Shown: in pieces, positions 1-8,291 of the stretch
How the letters are laid out: each line of letters begins with the position of its first letter
Position numbering within the stretch: the first letter of the stretch is position 1
Source of the DNA: Promethearchaeota archaeon
Lineage (GTDB): Archaea; Asgardarchaeota; Lokiarchaeia; Sigyniarchaeales; SOKP01
Length of the DNA stretch: 42,127 nucleotides
Direction: 5' to 3'
NCBI GenBank assembly: GCA_019894815.1
Contig: JAGXNU010000001.1
Span: 1-42,127, forward strand
Notes under the pieces: model-generated
Databases searched by the model: none
What the model was told of the DNA's origin: nothing
Seen by the model: the letters and a program-made list of their open reading frames with translations, nothing else
Program-made: the position numbers and the translations under genes

Positions 1-622
1 TGGCAGATCTCATCGCATCAAACAATTCCTCTTTTGTAGAAATTAACATTTTAGGTTGAATGGGCTGAGGTAATGTCTTAGGTATAGATCTTCCATGTCT
101 TTGACGGAATATTTCGAGCTCTTCTTTCTTTTGTATATTCTCTTCATCTCTAATAATGCTTGATATTTTAAAATGATGTAAAAGTGCTGATGTCTTTAAC
201 GCTATCCCAGATATCTTGTAATTAATCAGATCTTCTGATAACATGTTACTAAAAAACTTATCTACTAATGATGATAAATCATAGAACGCTACGTTTGAAT
301 CTTTCGCCAACTCAGGATCCAGAAGGCTTGAATAGGGAGGTTTTTGCCAAAATTTTAATTCTAATTTATCCTTATGTAGTAAAGCAGGGTCAAATTCCTC
401 ACCAGCAACCAATTCTTCCTCCAATTCTTCATCAGGAATCGCATCTTGAGTCCTATCAACAAACTCGGGATGACTCGCTATTGGCTCTAAGATCTTTATG
501 ATATCAGCTTTCTTCGATTTCGTGGGTATCTTTATGTGATTCTTACTCGCAAATTCTCTCAGTTGTTTAACATTCCATTCATTAAATTTATAAACCGTTT
601 TAGATTCTTCTGATTCTGGGAT
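1..622 (-). CDS. scpA: ScpA-like kleisin (condensin subunit) with SAP/HeH-like N-terminal motif; C-terminus cut by window edge; start codon unresolved
   Basis: Not in the ORF track because it runs off the left edge. My translation of the minus frame open from 622 to 1: IPESEESKTVYKFNEWNVKQLREFASKNHIKIPTKSKKADIIKILEP...NVAFYDLSSLVDKFFSNMLSEDLINYKISGIALKTSALLHHFKISSII...IPKTLPQPIQPKMLISTKEELFDAMRSA. The YDLSSLVDKF...ISGIALKTSALLHHFK block fits the conserved N-terminal ScpA helix pattern. The first canonical in-frame start is TTG at 424. Confidence 0.5.
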   Translation of the reverse strand, partial: MPESEESKTVYKFNEWNVKQLREFASKNHIKIPTKSKKADIIKILEPIASHPEFVDRTQDAIPDEELEEELVAGEEFDPALLHKDKLELKFWQKPPYSSLLDPELAKDSNVAFYDLSSLVDKFFSNMLSEDLINYKISGIALKTSALLHHFKISSIIRDEENIQKKEELEIFRQRHGRSIPKTLPQPIQPKMLISTKEELFDAMRSA

Positions 623-844
623 TTATGAACACCTTTATTAACTTCATTAAATGTAAACGTAATGATTATTATTAGCTCTTATATCAATCAATTAAATTAT
701 CAAATTTTAAACTTTATGACTAGACAAAACAAATTGACTAGTTTAATAGATTAGCCTAATAACTGAGATTTCCGAGAAATCTGTGATTTTTCTGAAAATT
801 ATAAAATTAGGGAAAAAATAAAGATTATTACTCTCTCGAGGGCT

Positions 845-1066
845 TCAATCCTTTAACAAACCATCAAGTAATACCTTTAATATTCCCTGTTTTTCCGATC
901 TCGCTAAAATATCCGCTTCATCAAAACACTCTAAATCACTCTTATCAAATTCTAGGCCACAACTCAAGCATCCTATCAACTCATCACGATCTAGAATTTC
1001 CTCCCTTCTCCCACATCTCGGACATCGAAATTTTTTGTCTTTCAATAATAAAACCTCTAGTGCCAT
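845..1066 (-). CDS. 73-aa zinc-ribbon protein (CPRC-x14-CLSC), paralog of 41845..42066
   Basis: Track ORF is 845..1150. The internal Met29 (ATG at 1066..1064) gives MALEVLLLKDKKFRCPRCG..., exactly 73 aa like its paralog. The 28 extra N-terminal residues of the long ORF have no counterpart in the paralog. Confidence 0.6.
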   Translation of the reverse strand: MALEVLLLKDKKFRCPRCGRREEILDRDELIGCLSCGLEFDKSDLECFDEADILARSEKQGILKVLLDGLLKD

Positions 1067-1390
1067 AAGAACATAAGTGACAGAGTGTCGCTTAAAAAGT
1101 TTTTGATGGATTTTTAATTGGAGAGGAGAGCACCCAGAAACAAAGATCATGTTTTGATTTTTTTAGCAAAAATGATCCTTTAAATATGAAAAATGAAACC
1201 GTGATACACCCCCAAAAAAAATTCTCCCGGAGAAGCGATGTTTTCAGGAACTTATAGAAGTTTGATAGAGATTAAAAGAAACGAAGAAGTCTCTACTAAC
1301 ATTTGAACTGATCCTTTCGAGAATTCAGTACAATGCTGGAGTCCAACGAGATTTTAATTCTCGCTATTATAATTTTGTCTAAAACCCAAT

Positions 1391-4300
1391 TTAAACATCT
1401 TTACCATCATATTTAACATTTCGTAAGGGGTGATGTTTTTTGAAAAAATTGGGATCCTCATGGATGTTTTTCACGAGTGTATCTCCATTTACAAAATCCT
1501 TTAAGATAAGATAATGATCAACTTGTAAGTATTCGAAGATCATGTCAAATAATTGCTTAAATTCACTTAACTCGCACTTTGGAAAATAGATTTTCATCAT
1601 TAATCCGTGAGTGAATTCTACCGGTTCATCAAATCCGTAAATGAAATACTTCCCTTCAATTTCATAGATAAAACCATAGTTAAACCAACCAAATATTTTT
1701 ATTATTGTGTTCACGGAATCTTGATTTAAATCTGGGATGATGAGATAAATGCTTTCTTGGAACCCCAAATTCTTTAAAGTTATGTAAGGGAAAATTAATT
1801 CTTTCTTCAATAAGGTTTGGATCCGTTCTACTGTTTTAACCTTCTTAGTTCCGATATAAGATTTGATATCGATAGAGCGATAATCGTAAATCTCGCAAAG
1901 ATCTTGGAATTCTGGAGAACTTAATCCATATTTAGGTTCCTCACCATTATCAGAAAACTGGAAAGTTTTTAGGTTTGGGATATTAAACTTGTACTCTTTA
2001 TTGAAAAGCACGTTTTGAAGGTGCTCTTTAAACATTATGCTATCGTAATCCCACCCCTCAGGAGTAAAATTCATTTCAAAATGAAATAATGCGTGAGTTT
2101 TTTTGATAACAAATCCACAATACTCCCGAATTTTATTTTCTGGAGCTAAAATATTATCTAATATCGGGTTATCAGATTGATTGGAGGAAAGAACATAGTC
2201 TATTAAGAATGGAATAGAATCATCGATACTTGCGGGATATTCTATTTTTAAGAAGTTAGTACCTAATAAGGACTTAAAATTAATTTGGTTTAAATCACTG
2301 GAATAGAAGTAAGTTGTAAATTTACTTAAGTTAAAGCGCTGGAATGCGGGAATGAATTTAATGGCCTTTACATGATTCTGGAAAAACAAATCCTTTTTAC
2401 TTTTAACAAATTCTTCACTTCTTAATATAATTTCTTCCATATTTAGATAAAAAGTTCTAAGTCTATCCAGAAGATCATGATCATAGATTTCATTTTCTCT
2501 AGCCTTACGATTATTCGCTAATTTCACTAATTTAATTATATCACCATCATCTGACCATAAAATCTTTTGATTCTCAAATTTTACCATTTTAAAATCCTGA
2601 TTTAAATCTTGAAAAGAACTTTCGATATACTTACCATATTGTTCATAGAGATCCTTAGTGTAAAAAAAATCTTGATTTTCATAATCATAGAAATTTCGTG
2701 TTGAAAAGCCTGTAATGAAACCGCTCCAAAGATGGTTTTTCCCATAAATCAGATTTTTTTCAAATATATTAAAAATAATTGAAATGAACAGATTTTTTTC
2801 TTTCTTTATTAACGCAGGTACAGAAATCTCTATGTGATAAAGATTTTTTTTAGTTTTTAAATCTCTTAACTTATTTATAAGTATTCTTGGAAAAATATTT
2901 GCTATTTTTGAAATATCTTTCTCAATTTCATTGTAATTTGAAATTAATAGTTGGAAATAGTCTCTTTCAAATTTAGTTGTAATAATGGTATTAATCAAAA
3001 TGGGTGCAATAATTGGAGGTTTATTAACAATATAATTCTCGATAGAGTTATCAAAAATATCAGACGTGATATCTTGAATCTGATATTCTTCATATTTTTC
3101 ACGTAATATCTTATCTTTAGCTTGAAATATATTAAATGCCAGTTTTTCATTAATAAGAATGTCAATTAATATGTTTAAATCAAATAACTTCAAAGAGGAG
3201 CAGATATCTAGTAAATTACTGCAGTATTTGAAAACTTTTACCTTTCTTAAAAAAACGGGTTTAGAATTAAAATAGGATGTGAATAAATTTTTGATGATGA
3301 ATTCAATTTGTTGTTTATTAGTTTTAAAAATCAGGTTATGTTCAATTGTCGTTGAAGGAAAATAATTTGATAAAAAATCATTTATTTCATCACAATTTTG
3401 GATTTCCTTATTTTTGATGATATTTTCTAAGTCTTTTATTACATCTAAATATATTTCAAGAACTGTTTTTAAAAAGAAAAATCCACCTTCTTTATATTTG
3501 TTGATTAAAGTAATTACTTCGGTTCTTATTTCGCTCTCTTTATATAGTTCTTTTAGATTTACTTTTAGATTACTTATCAAAGAGCGTTGAGATATAATCT
3601 CATCAAATAAATCAGATTTCAATATCTTAATACTTTCATCTCTTCTTTCAAATCCTAAACCACTGAATGAAAACCATCTAATCCGATCCAGAATTAAAAA
3701 ATCCAGAATTGATAAGTTTTCATTTACGGATTGTTCTGTGTACTCAAACTCAACCTTAGTTTCATATTTTTGTTCATATTCCTGATAATTTGGATTTGGG
3801 ATGATTTGATTAGTAAATCCCTCTTTAAAATAATTCAAATTTACCCTTTGTTTTTGATATATTCTGGAAAAAAAAGAATATTCAATTAAATAATTATTTT
3901 TTTTTAAATATTCCATTAGTTTAATGATATCATCAAAATATTTCAGAGGAAGAATTAAATATCCAAATATCGTGTTGGAAAAATCCTCCAGCGAAACTTT
4001 TGGAGAATTTATAAACGGAAAACTTTTAATAACTTTATTAATTTTAGTATAATCTAATATTGGATTAAATTTCATTACAAAAACTATTACTTCAATATTG
4101 ATTGCCCTCCAATTAATTAGAAATGAGGGTGATATAAAAGTTTTTTTTATTAATTCCATATTTTCTGTAAATTTCCTAAGACTTAACTCAGTTTTTAATA
4201 ATCCTTGCTCTTTAAAAGATTGAAAATACTTTTTATATTGCAATAAATTTTTATAATTCTTAATTTCCAAGAAGATAGTAATTATAGAGTATAAAGATTC

Positions 4301-4945
4301 AACTAATGGATTACTTGTCATTAAATTTAGTAATTTTTCTTTATATTTTTTAAAAAATATGAAGTTGAAAGAGTTATATTTGCTTCTAACTAAATCCGGG
4401 TGATCAATTAGATATTGAAAGAAAAATTGAATAGGATTTGGGTTAAATTTTAACATTTGTTCATTAAAGAATCTATCTAATCTGTCAAAATTACTTATAA
4501 AATTAAATCCCGCCGCTTCTAAGCTAATCTGCTGAATATTTTTATGTATAATGGACTTCCATTCATTTAGGTAAGGATTTTTTGAAAGAATAGTCATCAT
4601 AATTTGGTTAATAGCTAAATTTAATGATATATTATTTCTCAATTCCTCTTCCAAAAAGCATTTTAAAATTTCTCTCAAAAAAATAAATGGGAGGAATCTC
4701 AGATATTTCTTATTAATTTTAATTTTGAGCAAACCATCTTTCTTTTCTTGAATAGTTCCAAATTTGTAAAAATCAACATTTTTATCTGCTAAATTATCAA
4801 CAAGAAAAAATTGAAATTCTTTTATTTTTGGTTTAATCCCTAAATATTCTTGAAATTTATGAAGTAGATCTAGAAATATAACATTTGCATTTTTAAAATC
4901 CCTAGAAATCACGTCTATGATCTTAAGATCAGGCAGTTGAGACAT
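1391..4945 (-). CDS. 1184-aa hypothetical protein, K/I/N/F-rich, with internal repeat modules; no catalytic motif recognised
   Basis: Long uninterrupted ORF. Recurring module junctions: FISPSFLINWRAINIEVIVFV, IIAPILINTIITTKF, IKFIPAFQRFNLSKFTTYFYSSDLNQ, LIFPYITLKNLGFQESIYLIIPDLNQ. The last two share P-x5-NL-x10/11-DLNQ. A TATA-like tttatattataat lies just upstream of the ATG, suggesting a leaderless-type transcript. Confidence 0.8.
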   Translation of the reverse strand: MSQLPDLKIIDVISRDFKNANVIFLDLLHKFQEYLGIKPKIKEFQFFLVDNLADKNVDFYKFGTIQEKKDGLLKIKINKKYLRFLPFIFLREILKCFLEEELRNNISLNLAINQIMMTILSKNPYLNEWKSIIHKNIQQISLEAAGFNFISNFDRLDRFFNEQMLKFNPNPIQFFFQYLIDHPDLVRSKYNSFNFIFFKKYKEKLLNLMTSNPLVESLYSIITIFLEIKNYKNLLQYKKYFQSFKEQGLLKTELSLRKFTENMELIKKTFISPSFLINWRAINIEVIVFVMKFNPILDYTKINKVIKSFPFINSPKVSLEDFSNTIFGYLILPLKYFDDIIKLMEYLKKNNYLIEYSFFSRIYQKQRVNLNYFKEGFTNQIIPNPNYQEYEQKYETKVEFEYTEQSVNENLSILDFLILDRIRWFSFSGLGFERRDESIKILKSDLFDEIISQRSLISNLKVNLKELYKESEIRTEVITLINKYKEGGFFFLKTVLEIYLDVIKDLENIIKNKEIQNCDEINDFLSNYFPSTTIEHNLIFKTNKQQIEFIIKNLFTSYFNSKPVFLRKVKVFKYCSNLLDICSSLKLFDLNILIDILINEKLAFNIFQAKDKILREKYEEYQIQDITSDIFDNSIENYIVNKPPIIAPILINTIITTKFERDYFQLLISNYNEIEKDISKIANIFPRILINKLRDLKTKKNLYHIEISVPALIKKEKNLFISIIFNIFEKNLIYGKNHLWSGFITGFSTRNFYDYENQDFFYTKDLYEQYGKYIESSFQDLNQDFKMVKFENQKILWSDDGDIIKLVKLANNRKARENEIYDHDLLDRLRTFYLNMEEIILRSEEFVKSKKDLFFQNHVKAIKFIPAFQRFNLSKFTTYFYSSDLNQINFKSLLGTNFLKIEYPASIDDSIPFLIDYVLSSNQSDNPILDNILAPENKIREYCGFVIKKTHALFHFEMNFTPEGWDYDSIMFKEHLQNVLFNKEYKFNIPNLKTFQFSDNGEEPKYGLSSPEFQDLCEIYDYRSIDIKSYIGTKKVKTVERIQTLLKKELIFPYITLKNLGFQESIYLIIPDLNQDSVNTIIKIFGWFNYGFIYEIEGKYFIYGFDEPVEFTHGLMMKIYFPKCELSEFKQLFDMIFEYLQVDHYLILKDFVNGDTLVKNIHEDPNFFKKHHPLRNVKYDGKDV

Positions 4946-4991
4946 TATATATAATTTTTTTATTATAATATAAATTCTTTAAACTTTAGGG

Positions 4992-4999
4992 TTTAAATA
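4992..4999 (+). promoter_or_regulatory. TATA-box-like element (gTTTAAATAc) for mini-gene 1
   Basis: Lies 46-53 nt upstream of ATG 5045. The same 10-mer gtttaaatac recurs upstream of mini-gene 2 and of the orc1/cdc6-like gene. Confidence 0.45.
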
Positions 5000-5044
5000 C
5001 TTTGATAGTAACTCATTTTTACTTTACTCCATCTTGGAGGAGAG

Positions 5045-5170
5045 ATGAAAATGAGAATTGGATATAAAGGATTAACGGTTTTTACGTCATTAATCGCATT
5101 TCTTTCTCTATTACAGATTACAATGTCCTGTTTTGCTGAAACATTCCCAGGCAGCCAAGGGGGACCTTAA
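5045..5170 (+). CDS. Small ORF 1, 41 aa (39 aa if started at ATG 5051): signal-peptide-like precursor MKMRIGYKGLTVFTSLIAFLSLLQITMSCFAETFPGSQGGP
   Basis: Hand-translated; below the ORF-track size cutoff. GGAGGAG at 5036-5042 precedes it. It has a basic n-region, a hydrophobic core, a CFA/E site obeying the -3/-1 rule, a TAA stop and a following 14-T tract. Two paralogs lie downstream. Confidence 0.7.
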   Translation: MKMRIGYKGLTVFTSLIAFLSLLQITMSCFAETFPGSQGGP

Positions 5171-5197
5171 ATAAAAGGAACGCGATTGATTACTTAA

Positions 5198-5211
5198 TTT
5201 TTTTTTTTTTT
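5198..5211 (+). terminator. Oligo-T (T14) archaeal-type terminator after mini-gene 1
   Basis: Uninterrupted run of 14 T starting 28 nt after the stop codon. Confidence 0.5.
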
Positions 5212-5256
5212 GATTATCTTGATTAGTAATAATCTTTTTTTAGAGATTCAAAATAG

Positions 5257-5264
5257 TTTAAATA
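5257..5264 (+). promoter_or_regulatory. TATA-box-like element (gTTTAAATAc) for mini-gene 2
   Basis: Same motif and same spacing to the ATG as in copy 1. Confidence 0.45.
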
Positions 5265-5309
5265 CTTAGATAGTAACTCATTTTTACTTTACTCCATCTT
5301 GGAGGAGAG

Positions 5310-5435
5310 ATGAAAATGAGAATTGGATATAAAGGATTAACGGTTTTTACGTCATTAATCGCACTTCTTTCTCTATTACAGATTACAATGTCCTGTTTTG
5401 CTGAAACATTCCCAGACGGCCAAGGAGGACCTTAA
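5310..5435 (+). CDS. Small ORF 2, 41 aa (39 aa from ATG 5316): MKMRIGYKGLTVFTSLIALLSLLQITMSCFAETFPDGQGGP
   Basis: Hand-translated duplicate of ORF 1 with an intact frame. Differs by F19L, G36D, S37G and one synonymous change. Confidence 0.7.
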   Translation: MKMRIGYKGLTVFTSLIALLSLLQITMSCFAETFPDGQGGP

Positions 5436-5462
5436 ATAAAACGATCGCGATTAATTACATAA

Positions 5463-5478
5463 TTTTTTTCTTTTTTTT
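5463..5478 (+). terminator. Oligo-T terminator (T7-C-T8) after mini-gene 2
   Basis: T-tract starting 28 nt after the stop codon. Confidence 0.45.
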
Positions 5479-5502
5479 ATTTTATTTAGTAAAATTATAG
5501 GA

Positions 5503-5509
5503 GTTTAAA
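5503..5509 (+). promoter_or_regulatory. TATA-box-like element (gTTTAAATg) for mini-gene 3
   Basis: Lies 52-58 nt upstream of ATG 5561. Confidence 0.4.
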
Positions 5510-5560
5510 TGCATTCAAATGAAAATTTAGTGAATGGCTCCGATTTGGAGGTTAAAAAAG

Positions 5561-5680
5561 ATGAAATTAAGTCATAAAATGGTTTTTATTATTACAACTC
5601 TAGTTGCATTTCTTGCTCTTTTACAAGAAGCAACTTTTGGATTTGCTGAGCATTTTCCTGGTGGAGAAGGAGGACCTTAA
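5561..5680 (+). CDS. Small ORF 3, 39 aa: MKLSHKMVFIITTLVAFLALLQEATFGFAEHFPGGEGGP (diverged paralog of ORFs 1 and 2)
   Basis: Hand-translated. GGAGG at 5547-5551 sits 9 nt before the ATG. It aligns without gaps to the 39-aa form of ORF 1 with 19/39 identities, including AFLxLLQ and FAExFPGxxGGP. A T-rich tract follows. Confidence 0.65.
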   Translation: MKLSHKMVFIITTLVAFLALLQEATFGFAEHFPGGEGGP

Positions 5681-5700
5681 GCAAGTTAGGTGTAGTTATC

Positions 5701-5718
5701 TTTTTTATTTTTTTTTTT
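5701..5718 (+). terminator. Oligo-T terminator (T6-A-T11) after mini-gene 3
   Basis: T-tract starting 21 nt after the stop codon. Confidence 0.45.
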
Positions 5719-5844
5719 AATTAATGATATTGATCTGTATATTTCTAAACAATTGATATTGAGATTCTCAAAAAATTTTTTAACTATTTAATATTTATTT
5801 AGCATAATTTTCTGTTTTAAACAAAATAAATCTAACTGGAACTC

Positions 5845-5918
5845 GGGAGAGTGGCTTAGCCTGGTATAGCGCACGGCTGATAACCGTGAGGTCGGGGGTT
5901 CGAAGCCCCCCTTTCCCA
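5845..5918 (+). tRNA. tRNA-Ile (anticodon GAU), 74 nt, CCA not encoded
   Basis: Cloverleaf folded by hand: acceptor GGGAGAG/CUUUCCC, D arm GCUU-AGCCUGGUA-UAGC, anticodon stem CACGG/CCGUG with loop CUGAUAA, T arm GGGGG-UUCGAAG-CCCCC, discriminator A. Confidence 0.9.
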
Positions 5919-6017
5919 TTTATTCTTTATACCACTCTTGATGATAAAAAAATAAATCCCATTTATCCATAATTATGAATTTTAATTTTCAATCAACTGT
6001 TATTATTATCTAGAAAA

Positions 6018-6614
6018 ATGAAAGTTATTGTCATTTCAGGCACTCCTGGTACTGGAAAAACTTTAATCGCAAAAAAATTATCAGAAAAGATTAGTGCTAA
6101 AGTGATTTCATTGAGCGAGTTTGCCGTTAAGAAAGATTTAATTCTCTCATTTGATTCTAAAAGGGATACGTATGTTATTGATGAGCATAAAATTGTTCCT
6201 GAAATCATAAATTTAATCAAAATGGGTAGAAATCAAGATATTTCAAATCTTATTATTGAGGGGCACCTCACTGACATCATACCCGAGGAATTCATTGATT
6301 TAGTTATTGTACTTAGGTGTGAGCCGGATATTCTTAATGAAAGGTTAAAATTGAGAGGATATTCTAGGGAAAAAATCAATGAAAATGTTCAGTCTGAAAT
6401 TTTAGGAAACTGTGCGAACTTCTTTGTTGAAAAAGAAATGAAAAAACCCCTTTTGGAAATAGATACGTCTACGATTAACATTGATAAATTGGTAAATATA
6501 ATCGTTGAAATAATTTCGCGCGATAAAAATATTACAAAATATAGATTAGGATCTATAGATTGGTTAGAAAAACTTTCATCAGAAAATCGCCTTGAAGAAT
6601 ATTTTGACACGTGA
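6018..6614 (+). CDS. Fap7/AK6-type putative adenylate kinase (ribosome-biogenesis NTPase)
   Basis: P-loop ISGTPGTGKT at the N-terminus, EGHL, VLRCEPDILNERLKLRGYSREKINENVQSEIL; size and motif order are typical of archaeal Fap7. Confidence 0.8.
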   Translation: MKVIVISGTPGTGKTLIAKKLSEKISAKVISLSEFAVKKDLILSFDSKRDTYVIDEHKIVPEIINLIKMGRNQDISNLIIEGHLTDIIPEEFIDLVIVLRCEPDILNERLKLRGYSREKINENVQSEILGNCANFFVEKEMKKPLLEIDTSTINIDKLVNIIVEIISRDKNITKYRLGSIDWLEKLSSENRLEEYFDT

Positions 6615-6647
6615 TGCTGATGCTGGGATAATGTGATGTGGATATAG

Positions 6648-8291
6648 ATGAAATTTGAAATTCAGGATGTAGATGCACTTGGACGTATCGGAAAGATTGA
6701 AGTAAATAATAAACAAATGATAACCCCTAATTTATTTCCTGTAATCCATCCTTTTGATAATGTAATCACGGCTTCTGGATTAAAAGATTTAGGAGCTCAG
6801 TGTCTATTCACGAACGCATACATCATGTATAAAAATAAAGAATATAGAGAGGAAATATTAAACAAAGGAATTCATGATTTTCTAAATTACGATGGGATTA
6901 TTGCGACAGATAGCGGAGCTTTTCAGCAGTACATGTATAATGATAACAAAATTGAGATCAGCCCAGAGGAGATTGAAAATTTTCAAGAAAGAATCGAATC
7001 AGACTTTCCCGTGATTTTAGATCTCCCGGTTCAATTGGAAGATACTTTTGAAGTAGCCGAATCAAAAGTTTTAAAGACAATAGAGAGAGCGAAAGAAAAC
7101 ATATCAAGAAGAGAAAACCAAAATTGCTATTGGATTGGCCCAATTCACGGAGGAAAGTTCCCAGATTTACTAAAAAGAAGTAGTATCGAGATGAGTAAGT
7201 TAGATTTTGGTATATATGCTATTGGAGGGTTAGTAAAGGCATTTCTACAATACCAATTTGAATTAACTCTGAACATGTTAATAACAGTGAAAAAAAATAT
7301 CATTCCTAATAAGCCCCTTCATATGTTTGGTTTAGGGTTACCACAATTCTTCTCATTAGCAGTTGCATGCGGATGTGATTTAATGGATTCGGCAGCCTAT
7401 ATCTTATTTGCCAAGCAAAATCGCTATTTCACACTTTCTACGGGTACTAAAAGATTAGATGAATTGATTGAATTTCCGTGTCATTGCCCGATTTGTACTA
7501 AATATACGCCAAGTGAAGTAAAAACTTTTGAACCGGAGTTAATAGTGGAATTGTTAGCAAAACATAATCTCTATCTCTCTTTTTCAGAATTAAGGACAAT
7601 AAGACAAGCAATAAGGGATGGTAATTTATGGGAATTAGTAGAAACTAGAATAAGAAATCATCCAAATTTGGTTAACGCCTATAGAATGATAAAAAACCAC
7701 GATAATTTCTTTGAACTACATGAGAAAGCATATAAAAATCATGGCAGGCTTTATTCCTCGGTCGAAAGTGTAAATAGACCGCTATTCCGGCGTTATAGTA
7801 ATAAATTGGACACAAATTACCGAGTCCCAAAAGAAGTTAAATTTTTAATAATACTGCCAGAACTGGATGTAAAAGGGGTTTATTCACCACAGATCCAAAA
7901 ATGGATAGAAATCATTAACAATAACGCAAATCGAGAGAAGATTCACATCATATTAGCATCATCGTACTATGGGGTAATCCCTAATGAACTGATGGAGAGT
8001 TTTCCGCTTGGTCAACATGAAGGAAGAATGGAATTTAAGCATCAAGACCACGCTTATAATGCGCTAAGCAATACAAAATTATTTTTTGAGAAAAATCACG
8101 ATCATTATGTTAAGATAGCGATATTATTACCGAATGAATATCTAAACGAGTTGAATGAAAAAACAGATATCTCAAAAAATAATGTAATTTTCATCATTAA
8201 AGATTATTTAACTAATAAATTTAAAGAAAAAGGCTCTACTTTTCTTGATATTGAATCCGTATTAGAATATTTCAATGATGGTTTAAAATAA
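6648..8291 (+). CDS. tgtA: tRNA-guanine(15) transglycosylase family protein (archaeosine TGT; an ArcS-like paralog is not excluded)
   Basis: GRIGKIEV..ITPNLFPV, ATDSGAFQ, GLGLP..GCDLMDSAAY, zinc motif CHCPIC...H. No obvious C-terminal PUA domain. Confidence 0.75.
   Translation: MKFEIQDVDALGRIGKIEVNNKQMITPNLFPVIHPFDNVITASGLKDLGAQCLFTNAYIMYKNKEYREEILNKGIHDFLNYDGIIATDSGAFQQYMYNDNKIEISPEEIENFQERIESDFPVILDLPVQLEDTFEVAESKVLKTIERAKENISRRENQNCYWIGPIHGGKFPDLLKRSSIEMSKLDFGIYAIGGLVKAFLQYQFELTLNMLITVKKNIIPNKPLHMFGLGLPQFFSLAVACGCDLMDSAAYILFAKQNRYFTLSTGTKRLDELIEFPCHCPICTKYTPSEVKTFEPELIVELLAKHNLYLSFSELRTIRQAIRDGNLWELVETRIRNHPNLVNAYRMIKNHDNFFELHEKAYKNHGRLYSSVESVNRPLFRRYSNKLDTNYRVPKEVKFLIILPELDVKGVYSPQIQKWIEIINNNANREKIHIILASSYYGVIPNELMESFPLGQHEGRMEFKHQDHAYNALSNTKLFFEKNHDHYVKIAILLPNEYLNELNEKTDISKNNVIFIIKDYLTNKFKEKGSTFLDIESVLEYFNDGLK

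Larger units (their letters stand above)
4991..5478 (+). repeat. Direct tandem duplication, period 265 bp (copy A 4991..~5211, copy B 5256..~5478), each copy a complete mini-gene cassette
   Basis: ATG at 5045 and at 5310 are exactly 265 nt apart. TATA box, leader, ORF and proximal 3' region are near-identical, with only 1 mismatch in the 54-nt upstream part and 4 in the 126-nt ORF. Confidence 0.95.

Noticed and set aside
268-501. 77-aa plus-strand ORF from the track
   Set aside because: It lies entirely antisense to the much longer, motif-bearing scpA-like frame. Its composition (P/Q/L-rich) looks like an antisense artefact.
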